From: Macrostomum lignano
Taxonomy: Eukaryota
DNA length: 64,000 nt
NCBI GenBank assembly: GCA_002269645.1
Contig: NIVC01000175.1
Coordinates: 434,001-498,000 of the forward strand
Reading direction: 5' to 3'
Shown: positions 1 to 12,188 of the stretch, piece by piece
Layout of the letters: every line of letters starts with the position of its first letter
How positions within the stretch are numbered: the stretch's first letter is position 1
Program-made: the position numbers and the translations under genes
The notes under the pieces: model-generated
Database searches by the model: none
Seen by the model: the letters and a program-made list of their open reading frames with translations, nothing else
Told to the model about the DNA's origin: nothing

Positions 1-38
1 ACTCGTACGCTCGAGGTACGTCCCAATACGTGACTTAC

Positions 39-1400
39 CGCTGGAAATGTGCACGTAGGCATTTCGCTGTCCGAATGGTAGCCAGCTTCTTCATTTCTGT
101 CAGCTGGAGCCTCGACGCCAGCGCTCGTTCCGTTGATGGCAGGATTAACTGCTACGGCCGCCGCTGTAGCCATCCTGACTGGACGACGGGTAGCATATAC
201 GGCTCTCCCATCCCTTCGGTTGTTGCCAAGCAGGCGGAGACTCAAATGCTGGGCAGAGACACGAGTTCGACGCTGCAGGTCGGACAGGGTTCGCGTCGAA
301 TTGCGTCTGACCGCCCTGAGCCGACAGGCGTAGAGCAGTGGGTTCAACAGTGTGTACGCGACCATGAGCAGCTCCAGGTAGTGGTCCAGCCTCTCGTGCT
401 TCATCAAACTGTCCAATAGACTCTCGAGTTGGCGCCTGTTTTGAGCATGCAAGAAGTTGGTGGCAAACTGGGCGATGAAGAACGGCAGGAAGAGAGCGTA
501 GAACTGTAGCAGGATGGCGATTGCAGTGAGCACTCCTCGTTGATTATGCCGCTGCAGGCTCAGCGCTCGGTTGCTCCTGTTAAGCCGCATCACCCGGTAG
601 ATGGTGGCGATGATGCGGCTGTAGCAGAAGGTCACCGTGGCGCAGGAGGCAACGAACACGCAAAGGACAATCTGCAGGCTGTTGAAATTCACGGCGCTTC
701 TACCGACACAGCAGAAGGCGGTGCTGAAACCGGCGTCAATCTCTTTACGGCAAATTCTGCGCAAGCTGAACAACTCTTCGTCATCTTGAATAGTTAAGTT
801 GGTACTGTTGACCCTCGTCAGGCGCAATGTCAGGTAGCTGTGGTAAAGGACAGGCAGAAGACCAAACACGGCGGAGACAGCACAGCTGCCAACTAACAAT
901 CCACGCATGTACCGAACAATAAAAGCAGTTCGATAGGACAGAGCTCGATTAACGAATAGGTATAGATCGACAGCAATCAGGGTCAGAGTGAACAGAGTGA
1001 CACTATGCGAAGATCGAAGGCTTTCTTGAGTCAGGTAGCTCAGACAGAAACCTTGAGGTTGCTGCGACACTTCAGAGGTTGCATTGAGGGACAGTTCCTG
1101 TGGGCTGGAAATGTTACTAGACAGTCGAATTTTTATCGGGATGTACTTTAAATCAACTCCTAGGCGGCTGCTTTCCATGTGCTGCTTGAAGCTTAGGTCC
1201 GATATGACCAGGAGAGCGGTAACAGCGTCCGTCAGAAGCAGGTGTCTTATCAACAGAAGATTGTAGATGGAGGCGCTGCTGACACAGCGAATGCCGCGCA
1301 ACACGTAGAAGATCCAGGCGTTCAACAGGACGCTCAGGCTGCACACTGCGAAAGAAGCGTGGCCTAGGATCTCGGGTTCCGAAGCAGTTGAAGCAGACAT
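39..1400 (-). CDS. Class A (rhodopsin-like) GPCR, main coding exon (454 codons); continues beyond the window start
   Basis: Manual translation from ATG at 1400: MSASTASEPEILGHASFAVCSLSVLLNAWIFYVL...CLSYLTQESLRSSHSVTLFTLTLIAVDLYLF...LLQFYALFLPFF...AYTLLNPLLYACRLR. Seven hydrophobic segments, TM1 Asn, TM2 Asp, TM3 Cys, D-L-Y in place of DRY, and NPxxY. No stop before a GTAAGT donor at 38-33. Absent from the ORF track because no stop lies inside the window. Confidence 0.85.
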
Positions 1401-1404
1401 GGAT

Positions 1405-1507
1405 CTGGGGATACTAATTAATGGGGAAGATTGGTCAGATAATTAGGTTGGCTTGTATGAGCACTGAAAAAGCATAAATACGACCCATCACCCACTAGTA
1501 TACTTAC
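1405..1507 (-). other. Probable 5'-UTR intron of the GPCR gene
   Basis: Donor AGG|GTAAGT at 1507 and acceptor CCCCAG|ATCC-ATG at 1405; 103 nt. Confidence 0.55.
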
Positions 1508-4370
1508 CCTTATTGCTGTAGCAGTAACTGCAGTAACTCACAAGGCTTGAAGGAGAAATGGGAAGAATCGTCACGAATCGAGCTAGCGACTATGGAAGGT
1601 TTGAGGCTTCTTTGCGTCCCTCTCTGGTCTCTCTTTCTTATTCGAAATGAGCTGGCTAGCTAAACCAAGTAATCCCGTCTTTCAGCCAATGAGGAAGCTC
1701 TAGAAGCTGATGTAGGAGAGAACCAGATCCCTGTTTCCAATTAAATGTAAGCCCCCGTGGATTTTCGGCAGAGATTTTACTTCAAGATTAGGGCTTTTCC
1801 TTAAAGTCAGGAAGCCGCTGATGAGAAAGGTACAAGGCGCCACTTTAATGAACTTGAGAATAAAGAAACATCTTTTCTGCAACACAAAAAATCGAAGCTC
1901 CTGATTCAGTTGTCATGTGGCAAACTGATAAATCTAAATAGCCTACCAAAATGCAAGCTTCAAAGTTCTTCTGATTATTGCCTGGGTACACTTGCACCGA
2001 TAAACAGTCACTGCGGATAGCTCTCCGTCAGGTGAGCCCAGCAGTAAATTCTCGCCTCACTCCCCGCTTCTGCGCAAAACCCACAAAATTGCACCCACCT
2101 CCCCACCATTTCTTCCCTGACCTTCTCCGTGTACCTAATCCCGATTGGCTTCCTCATGCGTGTCCACCCCGTGTCAGTAACCATCATCAACTTTGAGAAT
2201 ATTGTATCTTCTTTCTTGATTAGCCCTTTCGATCGTTGTACGAGTACATGGGGGCTTAATCAGTGGTTCCAAAGAAAAATCAAACAAGCGTGCAACGGGC
2301 CTACAAAGTATTAGTTCCTAGGCCTAATAGTAATTAGGCATTGACTACCGTTGTGCGCTGTTACTGACAGACTACCGACCCTTTGATCCCTTTATTCCCT
2401 GGCCTTTACATATCTTATTTTTGTTAACCTTAAATTACTTGGTTGCTTTTTAATCTCCGAAGTCTGACCCTTATAACAAAATTACATATGCAAAAGAAAG
2501 TTAGACGTCTCCAAGACATAATGCTTCTACGAGCGTATTATTATTATTATTTATTCACAGTTTTTGTAGAAACAAGCTCTTTAGAGGATCATAAATGAAT
2601 TGCATTTGTTTTGGAGACGTTCCTCTACGACCTAAAAGATACGTATTGGAGACGTCTAACTTTCTATTGGATAAGTAGTTTTGTTATACGGGTGACGGCG
2701 TCGCAGACTTTTCTCCAGAGCCCAACTGCTCTACACTTCTTAAGAAAGTTCCAAACATCGTGTCTATACTGGCCACGAACATTCCCAAGCCTGAACTACT
2801 ACTAGTAGGGTAAAAGCATATCTGCTCAATTAGCTACCCTAATACATACGAGTACATCATATCTTGATCGAGTTGCGCGAGGAAGAGCGTTCGTTAGCCG
2901 TGTGAGTACAGACTGTTGCTGTATTCGAGAGACAAGCTGGCAAGAGTCGCGAAGCGATCCCAATTGCACCTTCTTAAACCCACGTGGGGGTCTAAGGACA
3001 ACAGAAGCCACTTTGTGTACTCGAATACGTGGAGTAGACCTGGGCCGTCAATTCTTTTAATTTTAATTTAATTTAATTAATCCAATTCGCAGATACGCGC
3101 ATAGAAAAAAACTAGGAAGGGAAATCATATCTCCGGTTTATCAACACTATTGAATTGCAATGAGAACTGTCGAACATTCGTGCTCTGCTTCCTCGGCACG
3201 CCGGTTCTTGCTTTTTCTTAGTAGCTATTTCTTTTTTTACCAATTTTGGCTTCTTGTATGGCTGCACGAGAGACGCGGATAAGTTCACTCACACTTAAAA
3301 GAAATCCTATATATACTTGGCAGTTCTTAAACCCTGAAACCCTGAATAATAAATCCGAAACTTTGATGCAACAACGAAACAGGGCCTACTTCTAATTGAT
3401 ATCCGTCTGATGCGTGTGTACGTGTGCAGTCAAAGGAAGCCCTTGACTTTGGAAAATGAAAATCAATTAACCGACTACCTGCAATTTTTGCGTCCCTAAA
3501 ATTTTCTTCGTTGATTTGCTAAGTCTTCTATAAGAAATGCTTAGCCAAAATCACTAAAAGAAGTATTGTAAAAAGTCGAAACACGTTTTTATAGTATCCT
3601 TCATTATTGTCCCCTAGCCTGTAGAGTTTGTGAAATTTTTTTGTGGTTTGCGAGACAGACTGCAAAGGCTGGTTAGAAGTTGTCGCCATCGCAGGCCTCT
3701 GGTCGGTCACGGATCACCGGCCCTGATTGAAGAAATTTTATGGTAGCGTTGGGTCCTGAGGGTTGGGCTTTATACGGACCACTCTGGCTGTTTACGGTGC
3801 TTTTGCTAGTCTGTTGGTGGACCGCTGTTGGTTGACCACGAAGGCTACCAACACCCTTTATGAGCACGCGCTCCGTCGGACCCTAATCGAGAGACAACTA
3901 CACCAACCGGAAAACTTTTCATCAAGGGATGCTTTGTAGCTGTAATTGACAAAGGCACCAGCGTCTAAGACTACTAAGAGTAGCGTGAGGGCATGTGAAT
4001 TCAATGCTTTCCAGATGCTCAGTGCGAGAAGGGCCCTATATCCAGTGTTTGCTATACTACCCGCGGCTTTTCATTATTGAACAGATTTCTAAACCACTCT
4101 TCTGTTTACAGCAACTCATAGCTTACGAATGCCTCACCCGGCTAATGAAGTTAGACAATTAGCAAGCCATTAAGATTGAAGTTATGAAAATAAAAACATT
4201 AAAGATTTTATGATTTGGTCTAAGAAAAGCTTGTTAATAATTAAGAGTCCTGGGGAAAAAATTCGCTAAATGGAATCGATAAATAATGAACAAAATGAGC
4301 GCAGGCCCCAGTCGATAGCAATACGCATTGCGCCCAAGGTAAGCTAACCACAGACAAGAGTCACAAACAA

Positions 4371-4417
4371 GAGAAGGAGAGAGATAGAGGGAGAGAGAGG
4401 GAGAGAGAGAGAGAGAG
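4371..4417. repeat. (GA)n microsatellite
   Basis: Direct reading. Confidence 0.9.
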
Positions 4418-5099
4418 CACGGTGCAGGCCTAGAGACGGCTGAAGGCGATCGAATCCAGGGATGATGCTGCTGGCTTGATGAAGCCAAGGCTGGCATCCC
4501 TCCCCAATAGGATCGGTGTCGTAGACTATTCACTAGGCTGGGGGGCTGGGCGTCACTGGATTTTGCTTTTTCAAATTTTTCTGTAATCTTTATTCTTAAA
4601 TTCATTATTTTTGGATAATTTCAAGTTATTAAGTCTAGAGTCGGCAAAATATGATGATGATGCTGAAGATGATGCAATACGAAAAAACTCAAAATGTCTT
4701 GTAGAATTTACTGTTTTCATTTTACTATTGTAAAAACAAAAACGCAAATATTGCTACTATTTTTCGAGTGACATACCTATAGTTATTCTAGTTTCTGGGA
4801 CTAATTCAGATGCAGTGTGCAGAAACTAATTTCATAACTTTACTTAGCGATGGTGTATCGAGATTATGCGTATGAGTAGTGCATGATAGATCAAATTGGT
4901 ACATACATGTACCTACAACAATAAGTCACTGAAAGTATACTTTATGTGCATCATAAATCGATTCAAAACGAAACAATAGTGTTAGTTAAAAAAAACAAAA
5001 TAATTATTCAACCATATAGATAGCCAAAGCATAGCATAAATTATGCATAAATGTACAGAGTCCTTCCAAAGTAAGTCTGCAGAGAATTGCAATAAAACT

Positions 5100-6716
5100 C
5101 TAATTCAGCAACCGATACACACACAGCCGTTTCCTACCCCAATCGCACACAATAAGAGCATTGACCTGTTCACAACGCAATAGCGTCAGTCCAGTTGGAT
5201 GCTTGAATGTTCTAGCACCGACAGATCTTGAGCTGCTGGCTTTGCTGGTTGAGCTGCATATAGTGTCAGTTCTACTCTCAGCTGTACTCGATGGATCCGA
5301 CGATGTCCTGCATGATCCGTCCAGACGTCGAATGGCGCTAAAATCTCCAACGCTCAGCGCGAGTACCTGGTTGGCGTTCCGCTCCGAAACGAAAGCTACG
5401 CCGCTCACGGGGTCGACAGCGACACGCCAGGGATGGTGGAGCTCGCTCTGACCGTCAGCTGGGTAAGTCGCTATGAGCTCCTGACTGATGGTGCACAGTC
5501 GGTGAAGCCGGTCATTCTCCAAGTCCAACAGGATTAACTTGGATCCGCACAGAGCCAAGCCATCTAGTCCGCCAACGTTGAAGTTTTTGAGATTGATCAC
5601 CCGCTCCAGACCGTAAGTTCCCTGGTCAATTATAAGTATTTCTCTATTCACTTTGTCCAAAAGAAGTATCCTATTTGAGTCGCAGGCCATGTCGCTCACT
5701 AGCAGACTGGAAGAAGATGCGTCTAAATTTAGACTTCGTCTATCTATCAGCCTTTCTAAGTGACCACTAAGATCTGTGACTGTCACTGCAGAGCCCTGCG
5801 CTATGAATAACAGTTGTCTAACGCTGTCGCAGTGAATGCCAAGAATCCAGTTGGACCAATTGATTCCTTCGCAGTGGCAGCGAAATCGACTGTTGATGCT
5901 TTCCTGTTTATCATTCACAATCGTTGTTACCAAAAGGTGTTCAACTTGCTTTCGCCCGAAAGCCACATAGATCAAAGGCATCGGCAAGCACGACGCATCT
6001 TCTAAACCTTCAGCATCGATGGCTCGAATTATGCGACACGAGGCATCACTAAAGAAACCCGAGGAATTGGTGCAACAGGTCACGTGATAGGGAGTACTTT
6101 CGAGTTTACTAATTAATCCTATCGGTAGGCAAACATCCTGCTCTGCTTCGTTGAATTTTTCCAAGTCTAGCCAACACCGCTTCATCACTTTCCTCACGTG
6201 TCGGTCGGTCTCAAACAGCAACTCCTGAATCCCTGCTGCCACATCGCCGACAACTCTGAAACTGACGCCTTCACTCGCGTAACTTTGCCTGCTGCGCAGC
6301 TCTGAACGAGCTCTTTTGAATTCGGATACTCTCTTGTGAGCTTCTAGCAGCCAGGCTTGATTTGCGTCTGTCATGGTACTCTGCTCAATAGTAACAGACG
6401 AATCTTTCTTGAGCTGTTGTGCTCGTGAGGCATCTTCCAATCTCTGAGCTACTGAGTCTTCTATCGATCTCAATCGAGTGACGATTTTTGACCTCCAACT
6501 AAGAAGCTTCTCCTGTACAGCATCGAACATTGCGTGGGTTTCTTGAATTTCCGTCGCCAGAATCTTCAGTTCAGTTTTCGAAGCTGTAGTTTCTTCGACT
6601 GACATACTAAGAAAGTTCAGCTTGTGTAGAACATCGTTTTCTTGTGCTGTTAAATAGATGGGATTTTCAGCACAATCGGACGAGTTGTTTTTTACGTTTT
6701 CGACGTAAATTTCCAT
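5100..6716 (-). CDS. Coiled-coil + NHL-repeat (beta-propeller) protein, 538 aa, TRIM-NHL-like but without RING/B-box
   Basis: Intronless ORF. Helical heptad-rich N-terminal half. C-terminal NHL-like motifs HHPWRVAVDPVSGVAFVSERNANQV and HPTGLTLL...LIVCDWGRKRLCVY. Candidate 73-nt 5'-UTR intron at 6758-6830 (GTAAGT...CAG). Confidence 0.7.
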   Translation of the reverse strand: MEIYVENVKNNSSDCAENPIYLTAQENDVLHKLNFLSMSVEETTASKTELKILATEIQETHAMFDAVQEKLLSWRSKIVTRLRSIEDSVAQRLEDASRAQQLKKDSSVTIEQSTMTDANQAWLLEAHKRVSEFKRARSELRSRQSYASEGVSFRVVGDVAAGIQELLFETDRHVRKVMKRCWLDLEKFNEAEQDVCLPIGLISKLESTPYHVTCCTNSSGFFSDASCRIIRAIDAEGLEDASCLPMPLIYVAFGRKQVEHLLVTTIVNDKQESINSRFRCHCEGINWSNWILGIHCDSVRQLLFIAQGSAVTVTDLSGHLERLIDRRSLNLDASSSSLLVSDMACDSNRILLLDKVNREILIIDQGTYGLERVINLKNFNVGGLDGLALCGSKLILLDLENDRLHRLCTISQELIATYPADGQSELHHPWRVAVDPVSGVAFVSERNANQVLALSVGDFSAIRRLDGSCRTSSDPSSTAESRTDTICSSTSKASSSRSVGARTFKHPTGLTLLRCEQVNALIVCDWGRKRLCVYRLLN

Positions 6717-7342
6717 GTTGATTTATCCGAAGCTCGGCAGCCTGTCTATAGGTGTACCTGTTATGAAGCTTAACTGTAACTCTTACATAGCTAATATATA
6801 TTTGCTCGAGATTTTGTCTGTCAAACTTACTTTACTGTGTAATTTATTATCTCTAAAATATTTCGATTAAATTATTCTAAATTCACCTATACTAAATGTT
6901 ATTTCTAAATTCGTGACTTCAGTATTTATTAGATAAAATCTCTGATTTTACACCAACAATAGCCACAGAGAATTCAGCGAATGCAGAGAGTAAAATAGAA
7001 CTTGCCATTGTGTACATGCAGTTCGTACCTGTATATTTACGCATCTGATCTGTATGCACATGAGGAGAGACATTTTCAAAGTGGAATTCAAATTGAAAAG
7101 TCCGATGCGAATCACGCGCTGTTGTTGTGACATTTCGGGCTGGAAGTGGCAGACTAAGAAATGTAAACATGAACCGGATAAATGCGGTTTTAAAATGATT
7201 TACTCTGCTACTTTTACTTGCACAGAAACAAAACTAACAAAAACAAATAGCTTTCCGTTTTCTACTTGATTTTCATTTTCAAGTCGACCCAACGAAGGCG
7301 TCAACTGCTAGTAAGACTGAAAGCTCGACTAAAGGCACAGAG
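6717..7342. promoter_or_regulatory. Short divergent intergenic region, likely a bidirectional promoter
   Basis: Only 626 bp between the oppositely oriented ATGs at 6716 (-) and 7343 (+); AT-rich. Confidence 0.5.
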
Positions 7343-9187
7343 ATGACTAAATTGCTGCAATTTTCTATCTTCTGTCTCGCTTTCGTTGCAATTAACGCAA
7401 TCCGATTCGATCTGTCGTCAAGACAGTCACTAATCCGTAACGAGCAGCGTCACCGATCCAGGGTCAGAGGATTCGGACTTAACTCGAATTCTCCCCACGT
7501 GATGAGGATGCAGCAATCGCTCAAGTCGCAGGTGGTACAACAAAATGATTTTGACATGCTGATAAAATATGAGCATCAAAGAAATCATCGAAAAAAATCA
7601 GCAGATGATTATGTGTCAATGGCCAGCATTGTCTACAAGAATGGCAAGTTTCGAATTGCCGCCAACACCTGGGCAGATGACGCGTTAGCCTACGGAATGT
7701 TGGCCCGTTCGCTCAACAGTACCGGCTGGGACGTGCTTGACATCGTGACTACCATGGACAAGTCGTTTAAGAATGATACAGCCGTGATGTACGCTGCTGG
7801 ATTGCTTGAAGGCTACCTAACAGCCGATCGCATCGCCCTGATGTACCAGAACTCGATGGCGGCCGAATTTCCGACTGAGCAAAGTCGAAAAGTGCTACTG
7901 CCGAAAGTTCGCAATTTTCTAACGCGCCAGTACAAATGGGCCCGATGCTTTGCCGCTGAGAATCCGAAGTCTGCTTTTCATAGGCACACAGGATTTGTCA
8001 TGACTCAGCTTGAAGGACTCATCGATGGCTATTCGGCTAGTAACGATTCAGTAGTACGAGATCCGTTTGTGCTGCTCATGCTCAATGCAGCTGGAGATCT
8101 TGGCGACATCAAGACTGCGCTTAACGACACTAAAACAGATTTCTTTGACCGAATGTCCAACGACGAATTTCGAAACTATGTACAATCGACCGGTCACTGC
8201 TCGGCTCTCATCAGGGTAACGCCGGGCCTAGAACGTCTGTACATGGGGCACTCAACTTGGTCTTCCTACTCAACAATGCTAAGAATTTACAAGCACTATC
8301 AAGTGAATCTGTCAGATCCGGAAGCCGCAAGTCGTGGAATGTCCTTTTCCAGCTATCCCGGGTGTTTAGTGTCCATCGACGATTTCTACATTCTCGACAG
8401 CGGTATGGTCATGCTGGAAACTACAAATAATGTGTTCAACGTGTCGCTATTTAAAACAGTGAAACCTGAAAGTCTACTCTCGTGGCAGCGAGTCCGGATC
8501 GCCAATCAGATAGCACAGAACGGTAGTCACTGGGCTTGGGCGGTTAGCCAACAGAACTCGGGGACCTACAACAATCAGTACATGATAATTGATCTCAATC
8601 GAATCCATCCTAATGCGTCCATCGATGACGGAGCGCTGACTGTCGTGGAGCAGATCCCGACTCTGGTGGTGTCTTCGGACCAGACGGGCCTGCTGCGCAC
8701 CGGCTATTTCCCTTCCTACAACGTGCCGTTCCACGAGACGATCTACAACCTAAGCGGCTACCCGGATGTGGTGAAGCAGCGCGGCCTGGACTTCTCCTAC
8801 CAGATGGCGCCTCGAGCGAAAATCTTCCGCCGGGAGGCACCTCGAGTCTTCGACGCAGCCGGCATGGCGGCCGTCCTTCGCTTCAACGAGTTCGCCGACG
8901 ATCCGTACTCCGAAGGCGACGCGTGCAACAGCATCTGCTGCCGGAGAGACCTGAGACCGGCTGGAAAAGACGCCGCACCATCGGGCTGCTTGGACTCAAA
9001 GTTCACAGATCTGGACATGGCCAAGTACATGACTAGCTACGCTATCAGCGGGCCTACAACCGGCAGTTCAAGTCGGAAGCTTCCACCCTACGCTTGGAGC
9101 CAGTTTTTGAATGTCAGCCATATGGGACTGCCGCCTGTTTACAACTTCAGCTGGGTGACAATGAGCCCCACTGTTCTGCTCGGATGA
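7343..9187 (+). CDS. PLBD1: Phospholipase B-like 1 (lysosomal Ntn-hydrolase), 614 aa, intronless
   Basis: Signal-peptide-like N-terminus. Catalytic GHCSALIRV motif plus SFSSYPG, NSGTYNNQYM, EQIP, SYNVPF, APRAKIFRR and ICCRRDL, all recognisable as PLBD1-family motifs. Confidence 0.92.
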   Translation: MTKLLQFSIFCLAFVAINAIRFDLSSRQSLIRNEQRHRSRVRGFGLNSNSPHVMRMQQSLKSQVVQQNDFDMLIKYEHQRNHRKKSADDYVSMASIVYKNGKFRIAANTWADDALAYGMLARSLNSTGWDVLDIVTTMDKSFKNDTAVMYAAGLLEGYLTADRIALMYQNSMAAEFPTEQSRKVLLPKVRNFLTRQYKWARCFAAENPKSAFHRHTGFVMTQLEGLIDGYSASNDSVVRDPFVLLMLNAAGDLGDIKTALNDTKTDFFDRMSNDEFRNYVQSTGHCSALIRVTPGLERLYMGHSTWSSYSTMLRIYKHYQVNLSDPEAASRGMSFSSYPGCLVSIDDFYILDSGMVMLETTNNVFNVSLFKTVKPESLLSWQRVRIANQIAQNGSHWAWAVSQQNSGTYNNQYMIIDLNRIHPNASIDDGALTVVEQIPTLVVSSDQTGLLRTGYFPSYNVPFHETIYNLSGYPDVVKQRGLDFSYQMAPRAKIFRREAPRVFDAAGMAAVLRFNEFADDPYSEGDACNSICCRRDLRPAGKDAAPSGCLDSKFTDLDMAKYMTSYAISGPTTGSSSRKLPPYAWSQFLNVSHMGLPPVYNFSWVTMSPTVLLG

Positions 9188-9479
9188 GGGACGCTCTCAT
9201 TTGGTTAATTTGCAATCAATGCTATTCACTGCACGACTTTTTATGCATGAATCAATCAAAATGCGTTTTAATTTGCATTAATGTGAAATCCGAAAATACA
9301 TTAGCGATTCGATAAATCGCGCATCTCGAATTCAGTAGATACTAGCAATCTTCGCCCCCCGTTGGGGGACATCTGTATAGAATCTCTGTTCTCTACAAGT
9401 AACAAAAAGACAGCCGAATAAAGCCTTCAAAAAGACAACAGACAAACTGCTCAAATAAAGTGTAATGCAAAAAGAAATC

Positions 9480-9590
9480 ATCCCAAGACAGCAAGCATCC
9501 CCCAGATAGCAAGCATCCCCCAGATTGCAAGCATCCCCCAGATAGCAAGCATCCCCCAGATAGCAAGCATCCCCAAATAGTAAGCATCCA
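9480..9590. repeat. 20-bp tandem repeat (CCCCCAGATAGCAAGCATCC-like) in the Helitron A-type 3' region
   Basis: About 5 copies; a longer array of the same repeat lies at 34035-34445. Confidence 0.9.
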
Positions 9591-9689
9591 CCAGACAATA
9601 AGTAGCTAGTGCTACAATTTCCTTAGCTCTATAGTGGCTCCTTTAAAATTGGCATGACGCTTACTTTTACGTTTGAAATTGTGTATCTT

Positions 9690-11045
9690 TTATGTTTGAC
9701 ATGGTGGCTCTTTTATGTTTGACATGGTGGCTCTTTTATGTTTGACATAGTGGCTCTTTAGTGTTTGACATGATGGCTCTTTAATGTTCGACATGGTGGC
9801 TCTTTAATGTTTGACATGGTGCCTCTTTAATGTTAGACATGGTGGCTCTTTAATTTTTGACATGGTGGCTATTTAATGTTTGACATGGAGTCACATATGT
9901 GTTGGACATGGTGGCTCTTTTATGATTGACATGGTGGCTCTTTAATGTTTGACCTGGTGGCACCTCAATGTAATGATGGCTCTTTAATGTTTGAAATGGT
10001 GGCTCTTTAATGTTCGACATGGTGGCTCTATAATCTTCGACATGGTGGCTCTTTAATGTTCGATATGGTGGCTCTTTAATGTTAGACATGGTGGCTCTTT
10101 AATGCTCGACATGGTGGTCCTTTTATGCTTCACATGGTGGCTCTTAAATGTTTGACATGTTGGTCCTTTTATGTTTGACATGGTGGCTCTTTAATGTTTG
10201 ACATGGTGGCTCTTTTATGTTTGACATGGTGGCTCTTTTATGTTTGACATAGTGGCTCTTTAGTGTTTGACATGATGGCTCTTTAATGTTCGACATGGTG
10301 GCTCTTTAATGTTTGACATGGTGCCTCTTTAATGTTAGACATGGTGGCTCTTTAATTTTTGACATGGTGGCTATTTAATGTTTGACATGGAGTCACATAT
10401 GTGTTGGACATGGTGGCTCTTTTATGATTGACATGGTGGCTCTTTAATGTTTGACCTGGTGGCACCTCAATGTAATGATGGCTCTTTAATGTTTGAAATG
10501 GTGGCTCTTTAATGTTCGACATGGTGGCTCTATAATCTTCGACATGGTGGCTCTTTAATGTTCGATATGGTGGCTCTTTAATGTTAGACATGGTGGCTCT
10601 TTAATGCTCGACATGGTGGTCCTTTTATGCTTCACATGGTGGCTCTTAAATGTTTGACATGTTGGTCCTTTTATGTTTGACATGGTGGCTCTTTAATGTT
10701 TGACATGGTGGCTCTTTTATGTTTGACATAATGGCTCTTTAATGTTCTACATGGTGGCTTTTTTATTTTTGACATGGTGGCTCTTTTTTAATGTTTGGCA
10801 TGGTGGCTCTTTAATGTTCGACATGGTGGCTCTTTAATGTTTGACATGGTGGCTCTTTAATTTTTGACATGGTGGCTCTTTAATGTTCGATATGGTGGTC
10901 CTTTTATGCTTGACATTGTGGCTCTTTAATGTTTGACATGTTGGTCCTATTATGTTTGACATGGTGGCTCTTTAATGTTTGGCATGGTGGCTCTTTAATG
11001 TTTGACATGGTGGCTCTTTAATGTTAGACATGGTGGCTCTTTAAT
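9690..11045. repeat. 23-bp satellite A (TTTGACATGGTGGCTCTTTAATG) with a 502-bp higher-order duplication
   Basis: Direct reading. Identical spurious ORFs at 9850-10089 and 10352-10591 show the 502-bp offset. Confidence 0.92.
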
Positions 11046-12188
11046 TTTTAACGTTTGTTAAACGTTTTGTTAAACGTTTTTGACGTTTGTAACGCAAGAA
11101 TTTTTTGTATTTTTTCGCGAATAAACTTGAAAAGTACAAAGTTAAAACTTATGAACATGGCATTAAAAGTACAACCGATATGTCACGTATACATAGCGTG
11201 TGCAATGGCTGCATGTGACCAGATGAGTTCCTTTAATACTCTACGTTAGTCTATAGTCGCAGCCCTCGGATTCGCTCATTCCTGCCCTCAAATCCATAGT
11301 CAGAACAATCAGTTCGGCTCTATTTCCTTAGCCTTTGCGCTTTGCCACAGACTATTCATATTTGTTTCGCCAAAGATTAAGAAATGAAGTAAGACAAAAG
11401 CTTCATTCAGGGCCTTCGCCTTAGTTAAAATTGACATCTTGTGAGTTTCGTATATTATTCAACTTTCAATATATGGAAGACGAAGGCCCCGTCGCAAGTT
11501 GATGCAAATCGTTTTTTATAAGCTTACAGTTACAGGTGACTTGAGATATTTTTGATTTTTGAAAAAAAGACTGTCACTCGTAGTTTGCGTAAAAATCCAT
11601 ATACTAAAATTCACTCTGATGTTAAGTTTTTGCGAACCTTGGAAAACTAAAAACAAAATTGTTTCGTCTTTTGCATAAATTTGCGATATAAAATAAGTAA
11701 AGTTTTTACACGAATTATAATGAAATTTCAGGTGAAAAATAAAAGACAAAATTAACTGCTCATCAAAGATTGAATTCATTAAAAGCAGTGCAAAAGAAGG
11801 TTTGTTTCAAAAGTTAATTTCGGCTAATATGAAATTGCCTTAAAATACAAATTAACTGTAAAGTGCAAATTGACTGTAAAAATTAATACAATGAATAAAA
11901 TAAGCCTAATTGAGCTTCAACATAAAGTTCATCAGCTATTAGCTCGTACTCACTGCCATGCAATATCTACGCTTCGTTAGAAATGAGGTTGGGGCAATAA
12001 GTTTCCTGCGATTCTTTTAGGAATGAGAGCTATTGACAGCTATTGCTTTAGAGAATGAGAGCTATTACTTAAGAGATATGGGGAAATAATTATTCTATTT
12101 TTCCTTAAAAATAAATGAATATACTTTCTAGCCTTTTGCAATAATAAGGAAAATTATTGCTCACCCCTCATTTTTTACGATAAATAAA

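Noticed and set aside
1815-1870. CTGATGAG...GAAAC as a hammerhead ribozyme core
   Set aside because: No convincing stem I/II/III pairing could be built by eye.
3030-3066. CCGTCAATTCTTTTAATTTT resembles the SSU rRNA 926R primer site
   Set aside because: Flanking sequence does not follow the conserved rRNA context on either side; likely a chance match.
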